A stretch of DNA of 32,706 nt from positions 1 to 32,706 of the forward strand of contig JANNUK010000199.1 in NCBI GenBank assembly GCA_031395155.1, given 5' to 3'. A program made the position numbers and the translations under genes. This document shows positions 9,552 through 19,263 of the stretch, piece by piece. This stretch comes from Chloroflexota bacterium. GTDB lineage: Bacteria; Chloroflexota; Limnocylindria; Limnocylindrales; CSP1-4. The first letter of the stretch is position 1. Every line of letters starts with the position of its first letter. The notes under the pieces were generated by a model. It saw nothing but the letters and a program-made list of their open reading frames with translations, had not been told where the DNA came from and did no database searches.

Positions 9552-10345
9552 GTGCCGACCTCATCGGGCGCCGCGGCCCGCGTCCCCCGACCCCCCCATG
9601 GACGGGCCAGCCCGGCAAGCATCGTCGGCACTTCCAGGACGTGTTGACGGGCCAGGGCCGCGGCGGCCTCCGGGTCGCCGTCACGCAGGGCGGCCACGAG
9701 CACGCTGTGGGAGCTTTCTGCATTCGTGAGGAAGTACTGGGCCGTGGCGCCCGGCCGGTCGAGGGCCTGGTACGAACGCACGCGGACCAGACCGTCGAGA
9801 CCCGACCAGATGTGGCGGAGGAGCGTCATCCCGGACCACTCGACGATCAATCCGTGGAACTGGAGGTCCAGATCGGCGACGGTCTCAATTTCGTGTGCCC
9901 CGATCGCACGACCCATCTCGACGATCAACGCCTCGAGCCGGACCAGGTCCGCCTCGCCCACGACCTCGACGGCGGCCGCGATCGCCCGGCCCTCGAGCAC
10001 CGCCCGCAACTCGTAGATTGCGTCGATCTCCGCCTCGGGGAGCCCCACCACGACCGCGCCGCGATTGGGGAAGAGCTCGACCAGGCCTTCCTGCTCCAGG
10101 TGACGGATCGCCTCGCGCACGGGCGCCCGGCTGACGCCCATCTGCTCGGCGACGTCGGCCTCGAGAATGCGCGAACCGGCCGTGATCTCGTTGGCCAGGA
10201 TGGCCGTCCGGAGCGCGGTCAGCACCTCCTGGCGAAGGATGCGGGGCCGGACCTTCCGGAGGTTGAGTCCTGCGCCGGTCGTCTCGAGGTTTCTCACCGA
10301 GCCGTCGACCCGTCGAGGATCATCGCCGCCCTCCCGTGTGGTCAT
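9548..10345 (-). CDS. GntR family transcriptional regulator (FadR/FCD subfamily)
   Basis: wHTH LRTAILANEITAGSRILEADVAEQMGVSRAPVREAIRHLEQEGLV..PNRGA. FCD domain IYELRAVLE...DLQFHGLI...HSVLVAALRDGDPEAAAALARQH. Confidence 0.95.
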   Translation of the reverse strand: MTTREGGDDPRRVDGSVRNLETTGAGLNLRKVRPRILRQEVLTALRTAILANEITAGSRILEADVAEQMGVSRAPVREAIRHLEQEGLVELFPNRGAVVVGLPEAEIDAIYELRAVLEGRAIAAAVEVVGEADLVRLEALIVEMGRAIGAHEIETVADLDLQFHGLIVEWSGMTLLRHIWSGLDGLVRVRSYQALDRPGATAQYFLTNAESSHSVLVAALRDGDPEAAAALARQHVLEVPTMLAGLARPWGGRGTRAAAPDEVGT

Positions 10346-11601
10346 CGAGGGACCCGCTCTGCGTCCGCCAGTATAGGCCCGCTGGTCGGACCCAACGGCA
10401 CCCCGCCCCGAAGGACGACGAGGGGCGCGCGGAGGGCCGCGACCGACTCGAGGGGATCCGCGGCGATGACCAGGAGATCGGCGCGCTGACCCTCCTCGAT
10501 GAGCCCGACATCGGTCAGTCCGAACAACTCGGCCGTCACGGTGGTGGCCGAGGCGAGTGCCGCCTGTGCGCTCATCCCGTGACGAACGTAGAGCTCGAGC
10601 TCGTCGACCATGTCGCCGATCGGGACCAGCGGCGCGCCCCCGTCATTCCCGGCGGCGATCCGCACCCCGGCCGCGATGGCGCGCTCGAGGAAGACGACCA
10701 GGCTCTCGTGCAGCGCGGTGCACTGCTCCACGACGAAGTCCGGGATCCCGGCCGCTACGCCATGTTCGATGATCCGCCGGTCGGAGAGGATCGTGGGCAC
10801 GAGCGCCACGCCGCGCTCCAGCATCAGGTCGATGACCTCCTCGTCCCCGCCGTGACCGTGTTCGATGGAATCCACTCCTGCCCGAAGCGCGTTCAGGACA
10901 CCGATCCGGCTTTCGGCGTGGGCTGCCACCGGCACGCCGCGCTTGTGGGCCTCATCGACCGCGGCGGACATCTCCTCGATGGTGAGCTGCGGTTGCCCGG
11001 CCTGGCGGCCGCCCGTCATCATTCCGCCGGTCGCCATCAGCTTGATCGAGCCGGCCCCGGCACGAAGGTTCTCGCGTGTTGCACGACGGACCGCGTCCGG
11101 ACCGTCTGCCTGGATACCCATCCACCAGCCGTGCCCCCCAGTCATCGTCACCACGCGTCCGCTCGGGATGACGCGCGGTCCACGAATTTCGCCCGCGTCC
11201 ACGAGCCGGGCCAGTTCGATGTCGATCCCGTCGGCCCCACCGACATCGCGGATCGTCGTCACCCCGGCCCGCAGGGCGGTCTCGAGCCGACGGGCGCTGC
11301 GGACCACGGTTTCGGTCCGATTCTCCCGGCGGAAGGTCTCTTCCGGGTCCGGCCCGCCATCCAGGCAGACGTGGGTATGGCCATTCATGAGTCCAGGGCT
11401 GATCCAGCGTCCGCCGACGTCGACGACCTCGGCGCCGGGAGCCGCCAGGTGCGCGCCGATCGATACGATTCTCCCGTCCTGGAGCAGGACGTCGAGGGCT
11501 CCGGCTCGGGCGCCGCGGGCATCGACCAGCCGGCCGCCGCGGAGCAGCAGGGGGCGCGGCCCGGGACCGGACTCGAAGCTTCCCGCCGGCGGGCTGATCA
11601 C
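10342..11601 (-). CDS. Metal-dependent amidohydrolase, prolidase-like (Xaa-Pro dipeptidase-like subgroup)
   Basis: PGLMNGHTH, AGVTTIRDVG, TGGHG, IKLMATGG, AAHA, IEHG, AGNDGG. Start re-assigned to GTG 11601 (GTGA overlap with the upstream stop). Confidence 0.9.
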   Translation of the reverse strand: MISPPAGSFESGPGPRPLLLRGGRLVDARGARAGALDVLLQDGRIVSIGAHLAAPGAEVVDVGGRWISPGLMNGHTHVCLDGGPDPEETFRRENRTETVVRSARRLETALRAGVTTIRDVGGADGIDIELARLVDAGEIRGPRVIPSGRVVTMTGGHGWWMGIQADGPDAVRRATRENLRAGAGSIKLMATGGMMTGGRQAGQPQLTIEEMSAAVDEAHKRGVPVAAHAESRIGVLNALRAGVDSIEHGHGGDEEVIDLMLERGVALVPTILSDRRIIEHGVAAGIPDFVVEQCTALHESLVVFLERAIAAGVRIAAGNDGGAPLVPIGDMVDELELYVRHGMSAQAALASATTVTAELFGLTDVGLIEEGQRADLLVIAADPLESVAALRAPLVVLRGGVPLGPTSGPILADAERVPR

Positions 11602-12725
11602 GTCTGGATCCGCGCCCAGCGCGCACTCCGCGACGACCCGCTGCCCCCGTAGAAGACCACGAGGACGGCGCCATCCGCCAGCCGCGCCCCGCGGGGATGG
11701 CCGAACTGCCAGGCGCCCATGTCGTTCCAGTACTCGTCCTGCGAGCGGGGCCGACCAGCCCCTGGCTCGTCGCCGGCAGCGCTGCTCCACACGACGATCT
11801 CGGTGGCGCGATCCCAGGTCCGGCCGAAGTCATCGCTCAGTGCCGCGCGGATCCCCGGTGGATCGTGGCGATGCGAGTAGACCGCCAGGAGCCGGTCGCC
11901 TCCGAGCGAGATCGGCTGGCAGTGCTGGCCGGGCAGGCCCGTGCCCGTGGGGACGGTCCAGGTCCGACCGTCCGGCGTCCCCCAGGCCACGTGGACGTCC
12001 ACATCGCGGGCGGCCCCGACATCGTGGGTCCAGAACATGTTGACGAGGCGTCTGTCGACGGGATGCGTCTCGAGACGCTGGTCCCAGTAATAGAGGGCGT
12101 CGTCGGGATGGTGGGCCACGAGCACGTCGGATGGCCACGTCCGGCCATCGTCGGTCGACAGTCGCAGCCACGCCGCCGGGCGACCAGGCGACGGGTCGTG
12201 GCGCGCCTTCCAGTGCTCGAACGGCTGGGCGAGAGTGCCGTCCGACAGGCGCAGTACGGGCCCCGTCGATGAGGCACCGGCGTGCGGCGCGAGATCGATC
12301 CGCCGACGGACCGGCCAGGTTCGACCACCGTCGTTCGAGACGAGCTGGTACACCCGCATGTCGAGGAGGCCCTGCGTCAGCGGATCGACCCATGGTGCCT
12401 CGGGGTCCGACCGGTCCGTCCAGAGGACCGACGCGGTGAGCACGCCGGGCTCCAGTTCGGCGACATACCAGCCCCGCGTCTCGCCCGGCCAGCCGTCCCA
12501 TATTCGTTCGGCCAGGCCCAGGAAACGGAGCTCCCAGGTAGTACCGGCGTCCACGGAGGCGAAGACCGCCGTGTGCCCGTCCGCACCCTCCCGATCGGTT
12601 CCGAGCCGGCACGTCGCGAGGACCGTACCGTCGGTCAGCCCGACGACCGAGGTGGCCGAGGCGGAGCGCTCGTTGATCGGCGCGGTCCGGGCGTCCCAGA
12701 TCACGCCGGACGCCACGACCTCCAT
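11598..12725 (-). CDS. BNR/Asp-box beta-propeller protein (sialidase-like, non-canonical), cytoplasmic
   Basis: Asp-boxes SVDAGTTW, SNDGGRTW, STDDGRTW, TPDGRTW, SDDFGRTW. ATG 12725 behind a GGAAGGGAG RBS. Paralogue of 1941..3077 (shared LWxDR and WDQR). Confidence 0.8.
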   Translation of the reverse strand: MEVVASGVIWDARTAPINERSASATSVVGLTDGTVLATCRLGTDREGADGHTAVFASVDAGTTWELRFLGLAERIWDGWPGETRGWYVAELEPGVLTASVLWTDRSDPEAPWVDPLTQGLLDMRVYQLVSNDGGRTWPVRRRIDLAPHAGASSTGPVLRLSDGTLAQPFEHWKARHDPSPGRPAAWLRLSTDDGRTWPSDVLVAHHPDDALYYWDQRLETHPVDRRLVNMFWTHDVGAARDVDVHVAWGTPDGRTWTVPTGTGLPGQHCQPISLGGDRLLAVYSHRHDPPGIRAALSDDFGRTWDRATEIVVWSSAAGDEPGAGRPRSQDEYWNDMGAWQFGHPRGARLADGAVLVVFYGGSGSSRSARWARIQT

Positions 12726-12788
12726 CAGGCTCCCTTCCATGTTCGACGATCTGGCGATGGTGTGGCGGGAACGCCGCCTCCTCATCGA

Positions 12789-12800
12789 ATGTATACGATA
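12789..12800. promoter_or_regulatory. Candidate GntR operator / -10 region in the divergent promoter
   Basis: ATGTATACGATA: GTATAC palindromic core in an AT-rich patch of the 12726-12853 divergent intergenic region. Resembles the TTGTC[G/T]ACAA sites and also contains a TACGAT -10-like hexamer. Confidence 0.35.
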
Positions 12801-12853
12801 TCCCGAGCCGCGGACGTCAGTTCTGTCGTCGGGCCACCCAATCGGAGGCGCCC

Positions 12854-13981
12854 GTGCCGACCCACCCGCTCCCTCCGTCGCCCAGCGTGGGCATGACCAG
12901 GGCGGAACTCGATACTCCCGTGATGCTGCTCGATCTCGATCGGTTCGAGGCGAACGCTCACCGGCTGTCAAGTGCCATCGCGGCGGGCGGCAAGGACTGG
13001 CGCCCGCACTCGAAGGGTCACAAGTCGCCGTGGATCGCCGGGCGCCAGATGGCGCTCGGGGCAATCGGCGTGACCTGCGCCAAGGTCTCGGAGGCGGAGG
13101 TCATGGTCGAGGGCGGCGTGCCGTCGATCCTGATCGCCAATGAACTCGTCACCCGCCGCAAGGTGGAGCGCGCCGCCCGTCTGCTGGATCGCGCCGAGGT
13201 CATGATCTGTGCCGACGACCCGTTCGAAGTCCGCCTGGCCTCCGAGGTGGCGGCCGACCTCGGGGTCGAGATCCCGATGATCGTCGACATCAATGTCGGG
13301 ATGGACCGCACCGGGGTGGCACCTGGACGCCCTGCCCTCGAGATCGCCCGGGCGATCGACCGGGCGCCGGGACTGCGGCTTGCCGGGATCATGGGCTACG
13401 AAGGCCACGTCCTGACCGCCTGGCCGAACGAAGAGAAGCGCGCCGGGACCGTGGCGGCGATCGCCGGGTTGATCGAGTCGCGCCGACTGATCGAGGAGGA
13501 CGGAATGGCGGTCGGGATCGTGAGCGGAGGCGGTTCCGGGAACTACATGTTCGCCTCCTCGCTCGATGGCCTGACCGAGCTGCAGGCTGGTGGTGCCTGC
13601 CTGATGGACCCGTTCTACGGCAAGCTCTGTCACCTCGAGGAGCTCGGGTTCGCGTACGCCCTGACCATCCTGAGTACCGTCACGAGTCGACCCACGCCCG
13701 AACGGGTCATCACGGACGCCGGCTTCAAGTCGCTCTCCGCCCGCGAGGAAGGCGAGCCGATCCTGCTCGACCGCCTTGGTCTCGAGTTCGACTACCTTTC
13801 GGCCGAGCACGGCGTCTGGCGGCGCGAGCCCGACAGCGCGGACGTCCGGATCGGCGATCGCCTCGAGATCATCCCCGATTACCACGACACGACAACCTTC
13901 CGGCACGACGCGTTCGTGGGCATGCGCGCTGACACGGTCGAGGTCGTTATTCCCCTCCTGGCCCGCGGCAAGCTGGTCTGA
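12854..13981 (+). CDS. PLP-dependent fold-type III enzyme, DSD1 / D-threonine aldolase / 3-hydroxy-D-aspartate aldolase family
   Basis: LDTPVMLLD, RPHSKGHK (PLP Lys), CAKVSEAE, DINVGMDRTG, MGYEGH, SGGGSG, ELQAGG, DAGFKSL, AEHG, PDYHDTT. GGAGG RBS before GTG. Confidence 0.9.
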   Translation: MPTHPLPPSPSVGMTRAELDTPVMLLDLDRFEANAHRLSSAIAAGGKDWRPHSKGHKSPWIAGRQMALGAIGVTCAKVSEAEVMVEGGVPSILIANELVTRRKVERAARLLDRAEVMICADDPFEVRLASEVAADLGVEIPMIVDINVGMDRTGVAPGRPALEIARAIDRAPGLRLAGIMGYEGHVLTAWPNEEKRAGTVAAIAGLIESRRLIEEDGMAVGIVSGGGSGNYMFASSLDGLTELQAGGACLMDPFYGKLCHLEELGFAYALTILSTVTSRPTPERVITDAGFKSLSAREEGEPILLDRLGLEFDYLSAEHGVWRREPDSADVRIGDRLEIIPDYHDTTTFRHDAFVGMRADTVEVVIPLLARGKLV

Positions 13982-13985
13982 ACCG

Positions 13986-15551
13986 GTGGACCTCGACCTG
14001 TTGATCCGCGGGGGGATGGTCATCGACGGCACCGGTGCGCCGGCCGTCAGGGCCGATGTCGGGGTGCGCGACGACCACATCGTGGCCGTCGGGGCGCTCA
14101 CGGGCGCGGGGGCGGCGCAGGTCGTGGACGCGACCGGGCGCGTCGTCAGCCCGGGCTTCATCGACGTCCATGTCCATTCCGAGACGGCGCTCCGGGGGAA
14201 CGGCGAGATCTGGGGATCCGTGCTCCAGGGCGTCACGACCCATTTGACCGGGCCCGATGGGTTCGGCTGGTCGCCACTGCCGACGGGTTCCGGCGGCGAC
14301 CTGTGGCGGTCGACCGCGTTCGCCTACGGGCAAGCCGGGCTCGCGCCCGAGTGGCCGACGATCGAGAGCTACCTGGCCGGCTTCGCCGACAGCCTCCCGG
14401 TCAACGTGGTCACCATGGTGCCGCACCAGGCGGTCCGCTTCGCGGTCATCGGCTGGGATCCCCGTCCGGCGACGTCCGCCGAGATGGATCGGATGCGGGG
14501 AATCACGCGGGACTGGATGGGGGCCGGTGCGGTCGGCTTGAACACGGGCCTCGACTACCAGCCGGCGGCCAGCAGCGAGACCGCGGAACTGGTGGAGCTG
14601 GCGCGCGAGGTACGGACCCACGGCGGCATCTACGCGGCGCACATCCGCTACGCGGGCGTCGGTCGGGCCGAGGCGTACCGAGAATCGATCCAGATCGGCC
14701 GGGATGCCGACGTCCCCGTCCGGCTCTCGCACGAGTCCGTCGATGATGAGACCGAGCCGCTGCTCGACGCCGCCAGGGTCGCGGGGGTCGACCTCGGGAT
14801 CGACTGGTACGTCTATCCGGCCGGGTCCAGCCATCTGCTCGTCCTGCTTCCGCCCGAAGACCAGGTGGGCGGCTTCGATGCCGTCATCGACCGGGTGCGT
14901 GACCCCGTCCATCGGCGCCGTATCGGCGACTTCCTCGAAGCCCGCCTGGGGGAGAGTGCGGCGGACGGCGGCCGCGAGTACTTCTCCGACACGCACTCCG
15001 GCCGCCACATCGGCCGCTCCATCGCGGAGATCGCGGCCGACCGGGGCACATCGGTGGGCGAGACGGCCGTGGACCTGATCGTCGAGGAGTCCCCCGAAGC
15101 GTTGCTGGTCTTCCGGCGCGGCCTTTCGGACGACGCCTTCGAAGCGCTCGCTCGACGGACGTTGCAGCGTCCGGAGTTCATGGTCGCGAGCGACGGGATC
15201 TACCACGGCGCGCGCCCTCATCCCCGTGGCTACGGCTGCTTCGCCCGGATCCTGCGGCTCTATGTGCGCGAACTTGGGGCGATCGGGCTGGAGGACGCCG
15301 TGCGCCGGATGAGCGGCTTGCCGGCCGAACGGTTCGCGATCGGCGATCGGGGCCTGATCTGCCTGGGCATGGCCGCCGACCTCGTGGTCTTTGATCCGGC
15401 GACCGTCGCCGACCGGGCGACGTGGGAGGAACCGCGCCTGACCGCCGTGGGGATCGATGCCGTCGTCGTGAACGGCCGGATCGTCGCGGAGCACGGCCGG
15501 CCCACGGGCCGACTGCCAGGTCGGGTGGTCCGCCGTGGTCCACGCGGCTGA
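13986..15551 (+). CDS. N-acyl-D-amino-acid deacylase (D-aminoacylase) family amidohydrolase
   Basis: DLLIRGGMVIDGTG, PGFIDVHVHSE, GPDG (in place of GNCG), NTGLDYQP, AHIR, LSH, YVYPAGSS, ASDG, HPRGYGCFARIL. Start re-assigned to GTG 13986, 4 bp after the upstream stop. Confidence 0.92.
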   Translation: MDLDLLIRGGMVIDGTGAPAVRADVGVRDDHIVAVGALTGAGAAQVVDATGRVVSPGFIDVHVHSETALRGNGEIWGSVLQGVTTHLTGPDGFGWSPLPTGSGGDLWRSTAFAYGQAGLAPEWPTIESYLAGFADSLPVNVVTMVPHQAVRFAVIGWDPRPATSAEMDRMRGITRDWMGAGAVGLNTGLDYQPAASSETAELVELAREVRTHGGIYAAHIRYAGVGRAEAYRESIQIGRDADVPVRLSHESVDDETEPLLDAARVAGVDLGIDWYVYPAGSSHLLVLLPPEDQVGGFDAVIDRVRDPVHRRRIGDFLEARLGESAADGGREYFSDTHSGRHIGRSIAEIAADRGTSVGETAVDLIVEESPEALLVFRRGLSDDAFEALARRTLQRPEFMVASDGIYHGARPHPRGYGCFARILRLYVRELGAIGLEDAVRRMSGLPAERFAIGDRGLICLGMAADLVVFDPATVADRATWEEPRLTAVGIDAVVVNGRIVAEHGRPTGRLPGRVVRRGPRG

Positions 15552-15569
15552 GCTCGATGGACGGGCGCC

Positions 15570-15604
15570 TTGACAGCCCTCCATTGGCTGTCCATTGTCG
15601 ACAG
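15570..15604 (+). promoter_or_regulatory. Sigma70-type promoter (TTGACA-N17-CATTGT) overlapped by candidate operator TTGTCGACAG
   Basis: TTGACA at 15570-15575, 17-bp spacer, CATTGT at 15593-15598. TTGTCGACAG at 15595-15604 is a 9/10 match to the palindrome TTGTCGACAA. Lies upstream of the ABC ATPases. Confidence 0.55.
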
Positions 15605-15693
15605 CGCCGACCGCTGGGTCGGCGCTTCGTCGAATCCATCTGGGGCCGCCCCCCGCGGGCGGCCGTGACCAGGCGTACGGAAAACGAGGCTTC

Positions 15694-16818
15694 ATGACCG
15701 GGACAACCGCCGACCACAATGCTCGAATGAGCGCGCTGGATGAGCCGACGATCGTGCGCGACGGGCCGCGGTCCGGCGCGCCCCTGCTGGCCGTGAAGGA
15801 CCTGCATGTCGAATTCTCGGGGCGGGCTGGGGTGGTCCGCGCGGTTCGCGGCCTGTCGTACGAGATCGGCGCCGGCGAGACGGTCGGCCTGGTCGGCGAG
15901 TCGGGTTCCGGCAAGAGTGTCAGTGCCCTGTCGCTGCTGGGCCTGCTCCCGAAGCGCGTAGGACGGGTTTCGTCCGGGAGCGCGTTGTTCGAGGGGGAAG
16001 AGATCCTCCACCTGTCAGACGAACGGCTGCGCAAGATCCGCGGCGCCCGGATCGCGATGATCTTCCAGGATCCCCTCTCGAGCCTCAATCCTGTGCTGAC
16101 GATCGGCCGCCAGATCACCGAGGCCATCGAGGCCCACCAGCGGGTGACCCGAAAGCAGGCGCGCACCCGGGCGAGCGAACTGCTTGAGCTGGTCGGGATC
16201 CCCGATCCAGATGCACGCCTGGACAACTACCCGCACCAGTTCAGCGGCGGCATGCGCCAGCGCGCGATGATCGCCATGGCCTTGAGCTGCGAGCCGAGCC
16301 TGCTGATCGCCGATGAGCCCACGACCGCCCTCGACGTGACGATCCAGGCCCAGATCCTCGAGCTGCTGCGGCGCCTGCGGACCGAGCTCCGGATGGCCGT
16401 CCTGCTGATCACCCACGACCTCGGCGTGGTGGCCGGGTTCGCCGACCGGCTGGCTGTGATGTACGCCGGGCGCCTGGTCGAGCTGGGCCCCACGGAGACC
16501 ATCCTGAGCGATCCGGCGCACCCCTACACCGTGGGGCTCCTGCGCTCCCTGCCACGACTTGACCGACCGCCGCAGATCGCCCTCACCCCGATCGAGGGGT
16601 CGCCGCCCGACCTCGCTTCCGACTTGCGCGGCTGCCCCTTCTCGCCGCGCTGTGCCTGGAGCCTCGAGATCTGCTCCACCGATGATCCGCCGCTGGTGGC
16701 CGTCGGCGGGGAGCGTGTCAGCGAGGCCGCGGCACCCGACCATTTCGTGGCCTGCCACCATCAGCCGACGCGCGCCGAGGCGATCGCCGGCGTCCCTCTC
16801 AGCGAGGACCTGGCATGA
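15694..16818 (+). CDS. Oligopeptide/dipeptide-type ABC transporter ATP-binding subunit (OppD/DppD-like)
   Basis: Walker [27 protein letters not shown], Walker [17 protein letters not shown] and C-terminal [10 protein letters not shown]. Start 15694 or 15727. Confidence 0.95.
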   Translation: MTGTTADHNARMSALDEPTIVRDGPRSGAPLLAVKDLHVEFSGRAGVVRAVRGLSYEIGAGETVGLVGESGSGKSVSALSLLGLLPKRVGRVSSGSALFEGEEILHLSDERLRKIRGARIAMIFQDPLSSLNPVLTIGRQITEAIEAHQRVTRKQARTRASELLELVGIPDPDARLDNYPHQFSGGMRQRAMIAMALSCEPSLLIADEPTTALDVTIQAQILELLRRLRTELRMAVLLITHDLGVVAGFADRLAVMYAGRLVELGPTETILSDPAHPYTVGLLRSLPRLDRPPQIALTPIEGSPPDLASDLRGCPFSPRCAWSLEICSTDDPPLVAVGGERVSEAAAPDHFVACHHQPTRAEAIAGVPLSEDLA

Positions 16819-17954
16819 CCGTAACCGAGCACGCGACCGATCCGACGCCAACGCCGGCCAGCGCCCTCGGCGACCCGGGCAACGAGGGACCACTCCTCAC
16901 GGTCAGCGACCTGCGCGTCTACTTCCCCATCACGAGCGGCGTCCTGCGCCGGCGGAGCGGCTGGGTCAAGGCCGTGGACGGCGTCGACTTCGAGATCGGC
17001 CGCGGAGAGACGCTCGGTCTCGTCGGCGAGTCGGGCTCGGGCAAGACCACGATCGGACGGACGATCGTGCGCATCACGGAGCCGCTGAGCGGGTCGATCC
17101 GCCTGGCCGGGCAGGACCTGCTCGGACTCAAGGGCGAGGACCTGCGGCAACGCCGACGGAAGTTCCAGATGGTCTTCCAGGACCCGTACTCAAGCCTCGA
17201 TCCACGGCAGACGGTCGGTGAGATCATCGCCGAGCCCCTCCGGGTCCACGATCTCGTCTCTGGCAAGGGGCGGGCGACACGCGTGACGGAATTGCTGGAA
17301 CTCGTCGGACTCGACCCGGCGTTCGTGGTGCGCTACCCGCACGAGTTCAGCGGTGGTCAGCGTCAGCGGATCGGGATCGCCCGGGCGCTCGCGGTGGAAC
17401 CGGACCTGATCGTGTGCGACGAGCCGATCAGCGCGCTGGACGTCTCGATCCAGGCCCAGGTCATCAACCTCCTGGAGCGACTCCAGCAGGACCTCGGGCT
17501 GACATACCTGTTCATCGCTCATGACCTGGCCGTCGTCCGCCACATTGCCGATCGTGTCGCCGTGATGTATCTCGGCAAGATCGTTGAACTGGCGCCGGCC
17601 GCCCAGCTCTACAAGGACCCGCTCCACCCCTACACCGTCGCACTCCTTTCGGCGGTGCCTGTCCCGGACGCCCGGGCCGAGCGGAAGCGTCGCCGAATCA
17701 TCCTCAAGGGCGACATCCCGAGCCCCGCCAACCCGCCGACCGGATGCCGGTTCCACACACGTTGCTGGTTGCGCGAGAGACTGGGCAATCCCGAGGTCTG
17801 CAGCACCACCGACCCGGCCCTCGCGGTGACCCCCGACATCCATCCGGAGCGGTCCGTGGCGTGCCATTTCGTCGGGGAGATGCGACGGGAACGACCGATC
17901 GATTTCATCCCTACCGCCGAGGAGCCGGACCTGCCGCAGCCCGTGACAACGTAA
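16815..17954 (+). CDS. Oligopeptide/dipeptide-type ABC transporter ATP-binding subunit (OppF/DppF-like)
   Basis: [61 protein letters not shown] overlap with the upstream gene. Confidence 0.95.
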   Translation: MTVTEHATDPTPTPASALGDPGNEGPLLTVSDLRVYFPITSGVLRRRSGWVKAVDGVDFEIGRGETLGLVGESGSGKTTIGRTIVRITEPLSGSIRLAGQDLLGLKGEDLRQRRRKFQMVFQDPYSSLDPRQTVGEIIAEPLRVHDLVSGKGRATRVTELLELVGLDPAFVVRYPHEFSGGQRQRIGIARALAVEPDLIVCDEPISALDVSIQAQVINLLERLQQDLGLTYLFIAHDLAVVRHIADRVAVMYLGKIVELAPAAQLYKDPLHPYTVALLSAVPVPDARAERKRRRIILKGDIPSPANPPTGCRFHTRCWLRERLGNPEVCSTTDPALAVTPDIHPERSVACHFVGEMRRERPIDFIPTAEEPDLPQPVTT

Positions 17955-17985
17955 CGACGCGGGGCACATGCGGGGCCGACGAGTG

Positions 17986-19263
17986 TCAGACCACCTGGTT
18001 CGCGACCGGAGCCGGCCGCGGCGGTGTCGGCTGGATCGGATGACCGCCGCGGAGCACGAGCAGCGAGCGTCGGAGGGCGGAGATGTCGTGTTCCGGTCGA
18101 CCGGCCACCACCAGCACGTCCGCGTCCTTCTTTGGGACAAGCGTGCCGGTGACCGCCTCAATCCCGAGGTGCGCCGCCGCGCGCGCGGTGGCCATGCGGA
18201 TGACGTCGGCCGGGGGGACCCCGATGCCGACATACGCCTCAAGCTCGAAGAACAGCTCCTCTCCGTAGTCGGTCAGGTTCACGCCGACATCGGTCCCGGG
18301 CACCACCGTGACGCCTGCGTCGATGAGCCGACGGGCGTTGGCCCAGGAGTCGGCGCGCGTCATCGCCCCGGGGTTCGGCTGCAGCTTGTTGATGTCGATC
18401 CCCGACTCGACCTCCGCGCGCGTGCCGGCGGAGATCGTCGGGATGGCCCGAGTTCCGCGATCCACCATCCCTCGTGCGACGCTCTCATCGAAGGTCCATG
18501 TCCAGTCGAGCCCGAGCATCGTGCAGTGCTGGATCGAATCGATGCCGGCTTCCGATGCATTTCGGATGCCCGGTAGCCCATGGGCGTGCGCCGTGATCCG
18601 CTTGCCGAATCGATGTGCCTCGTCGGCGGCGGCCGCGAGCTCTTGCACCGAATACGACGCGTGTCGGGAGTCGGTCCCCGGCGTGAGCCCACCCCCGGTC
18701 GCCATGATCTTGATCCCGTCGGCTCCCTCCTCGTCGAGCATGCGTCGGACCGCGGCCCGAACGCCCTCGATGCCATCGGCCTCGCCACCAAAGAAGTGGC
18801 AATGCCCGCCGGTCTGCGTGATCGCACGGCCACTGACCAGCAGACGCGGCCCGACCGAAAGGCCGCGCCTGATTGCGTCGCGGATGCGATACGCCGTCAT
18901 CCCTCGCGCGCCGCAGTCGTACGCCGTCGTGACGCCGGCCCGCACCATCCGCTCGGCCGCCGCGGCACCGCGGACCACGAGGTCGTCGTCCGACTCCATC
19001 CCGAGGGTGGCCAGTGGGTCGAGGGTCGGCGGAAGCGCGACATGAACGTGCGCATCGATCAATCCGGGCAACGCCGTCCCGTCCGGCAGGTGAATCGCTC
19101 GCGCATCCTCCGGGTTGGCGACCGCGGCAGTGGGGCCCACTTCGGCGATCCGACCGTCGATGATGAGCAACGCGGCGTCATCAACCGTGTCGGCGCCGGT
19201 CCCGTCAACGAGTCGTCCGACTCGAAGCCTGACGGCCGTTCGACGGCTCGCCGCGATGGTCAT
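17986..19263 (-). CDS. Metal-dependent amidohydrolase, prolidase-like subgroup
   Basis: PGLIDAHVH, AGVTTAYDCG, TGGHC, IKIMATGG, TAHAH, IQH, PGTDVG. ATG 19263 behind an AGGAGG RBS. Confidence 0.9.
   Translation of the reverse strand: MTIAASRRTAVRLRVGRLVDGTGADTVDDAALLIIDGRIAEVGPTAAVANPEDARAIHLPDGTALPGLIDAHVHVALPPTLDPLATLGMESDDDLVVRGAAAAERMVRAGVTTAYDCGARGMTAYRIRDAIRRGLSVGPRLLVSGRAITQTGGHCHFFGGEADGIEGVRAAVRRMLDEEGADGIKIMATGGGLTPGTDSRHASYSVQELAAAADEAHRFGKRITAHAHGLPGIRNASEAGIDSIQHCTMLGLDWTWTFDESVARGMVDRGTRAIPTISAGTRAEVESGIDINKLQPNPGAMTRADSWANARRLIDAGVTVVPGTDVGVNLTDYGEELFFELEAYVGIGVPPADVIRMATARAAAHLGIEAVTGTLVPKKDADVLVVAGRPEHDISALRRSLLVLRGGHPIQPTPPRPAPVANQVV

Noticed and set aside
13947-16226. Long antisense and alternate-frame ORFs (759 aa here; also 2728..4473, 5942..7291, 8028..9647, 10336..11652, 20603..21802 and others)
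   Set aside because: Shadow ORFs expected in about 70% GC DNA. They are Arg/Pro/Gly-rich, carry no family motifs and fully overlap well-supported genes.
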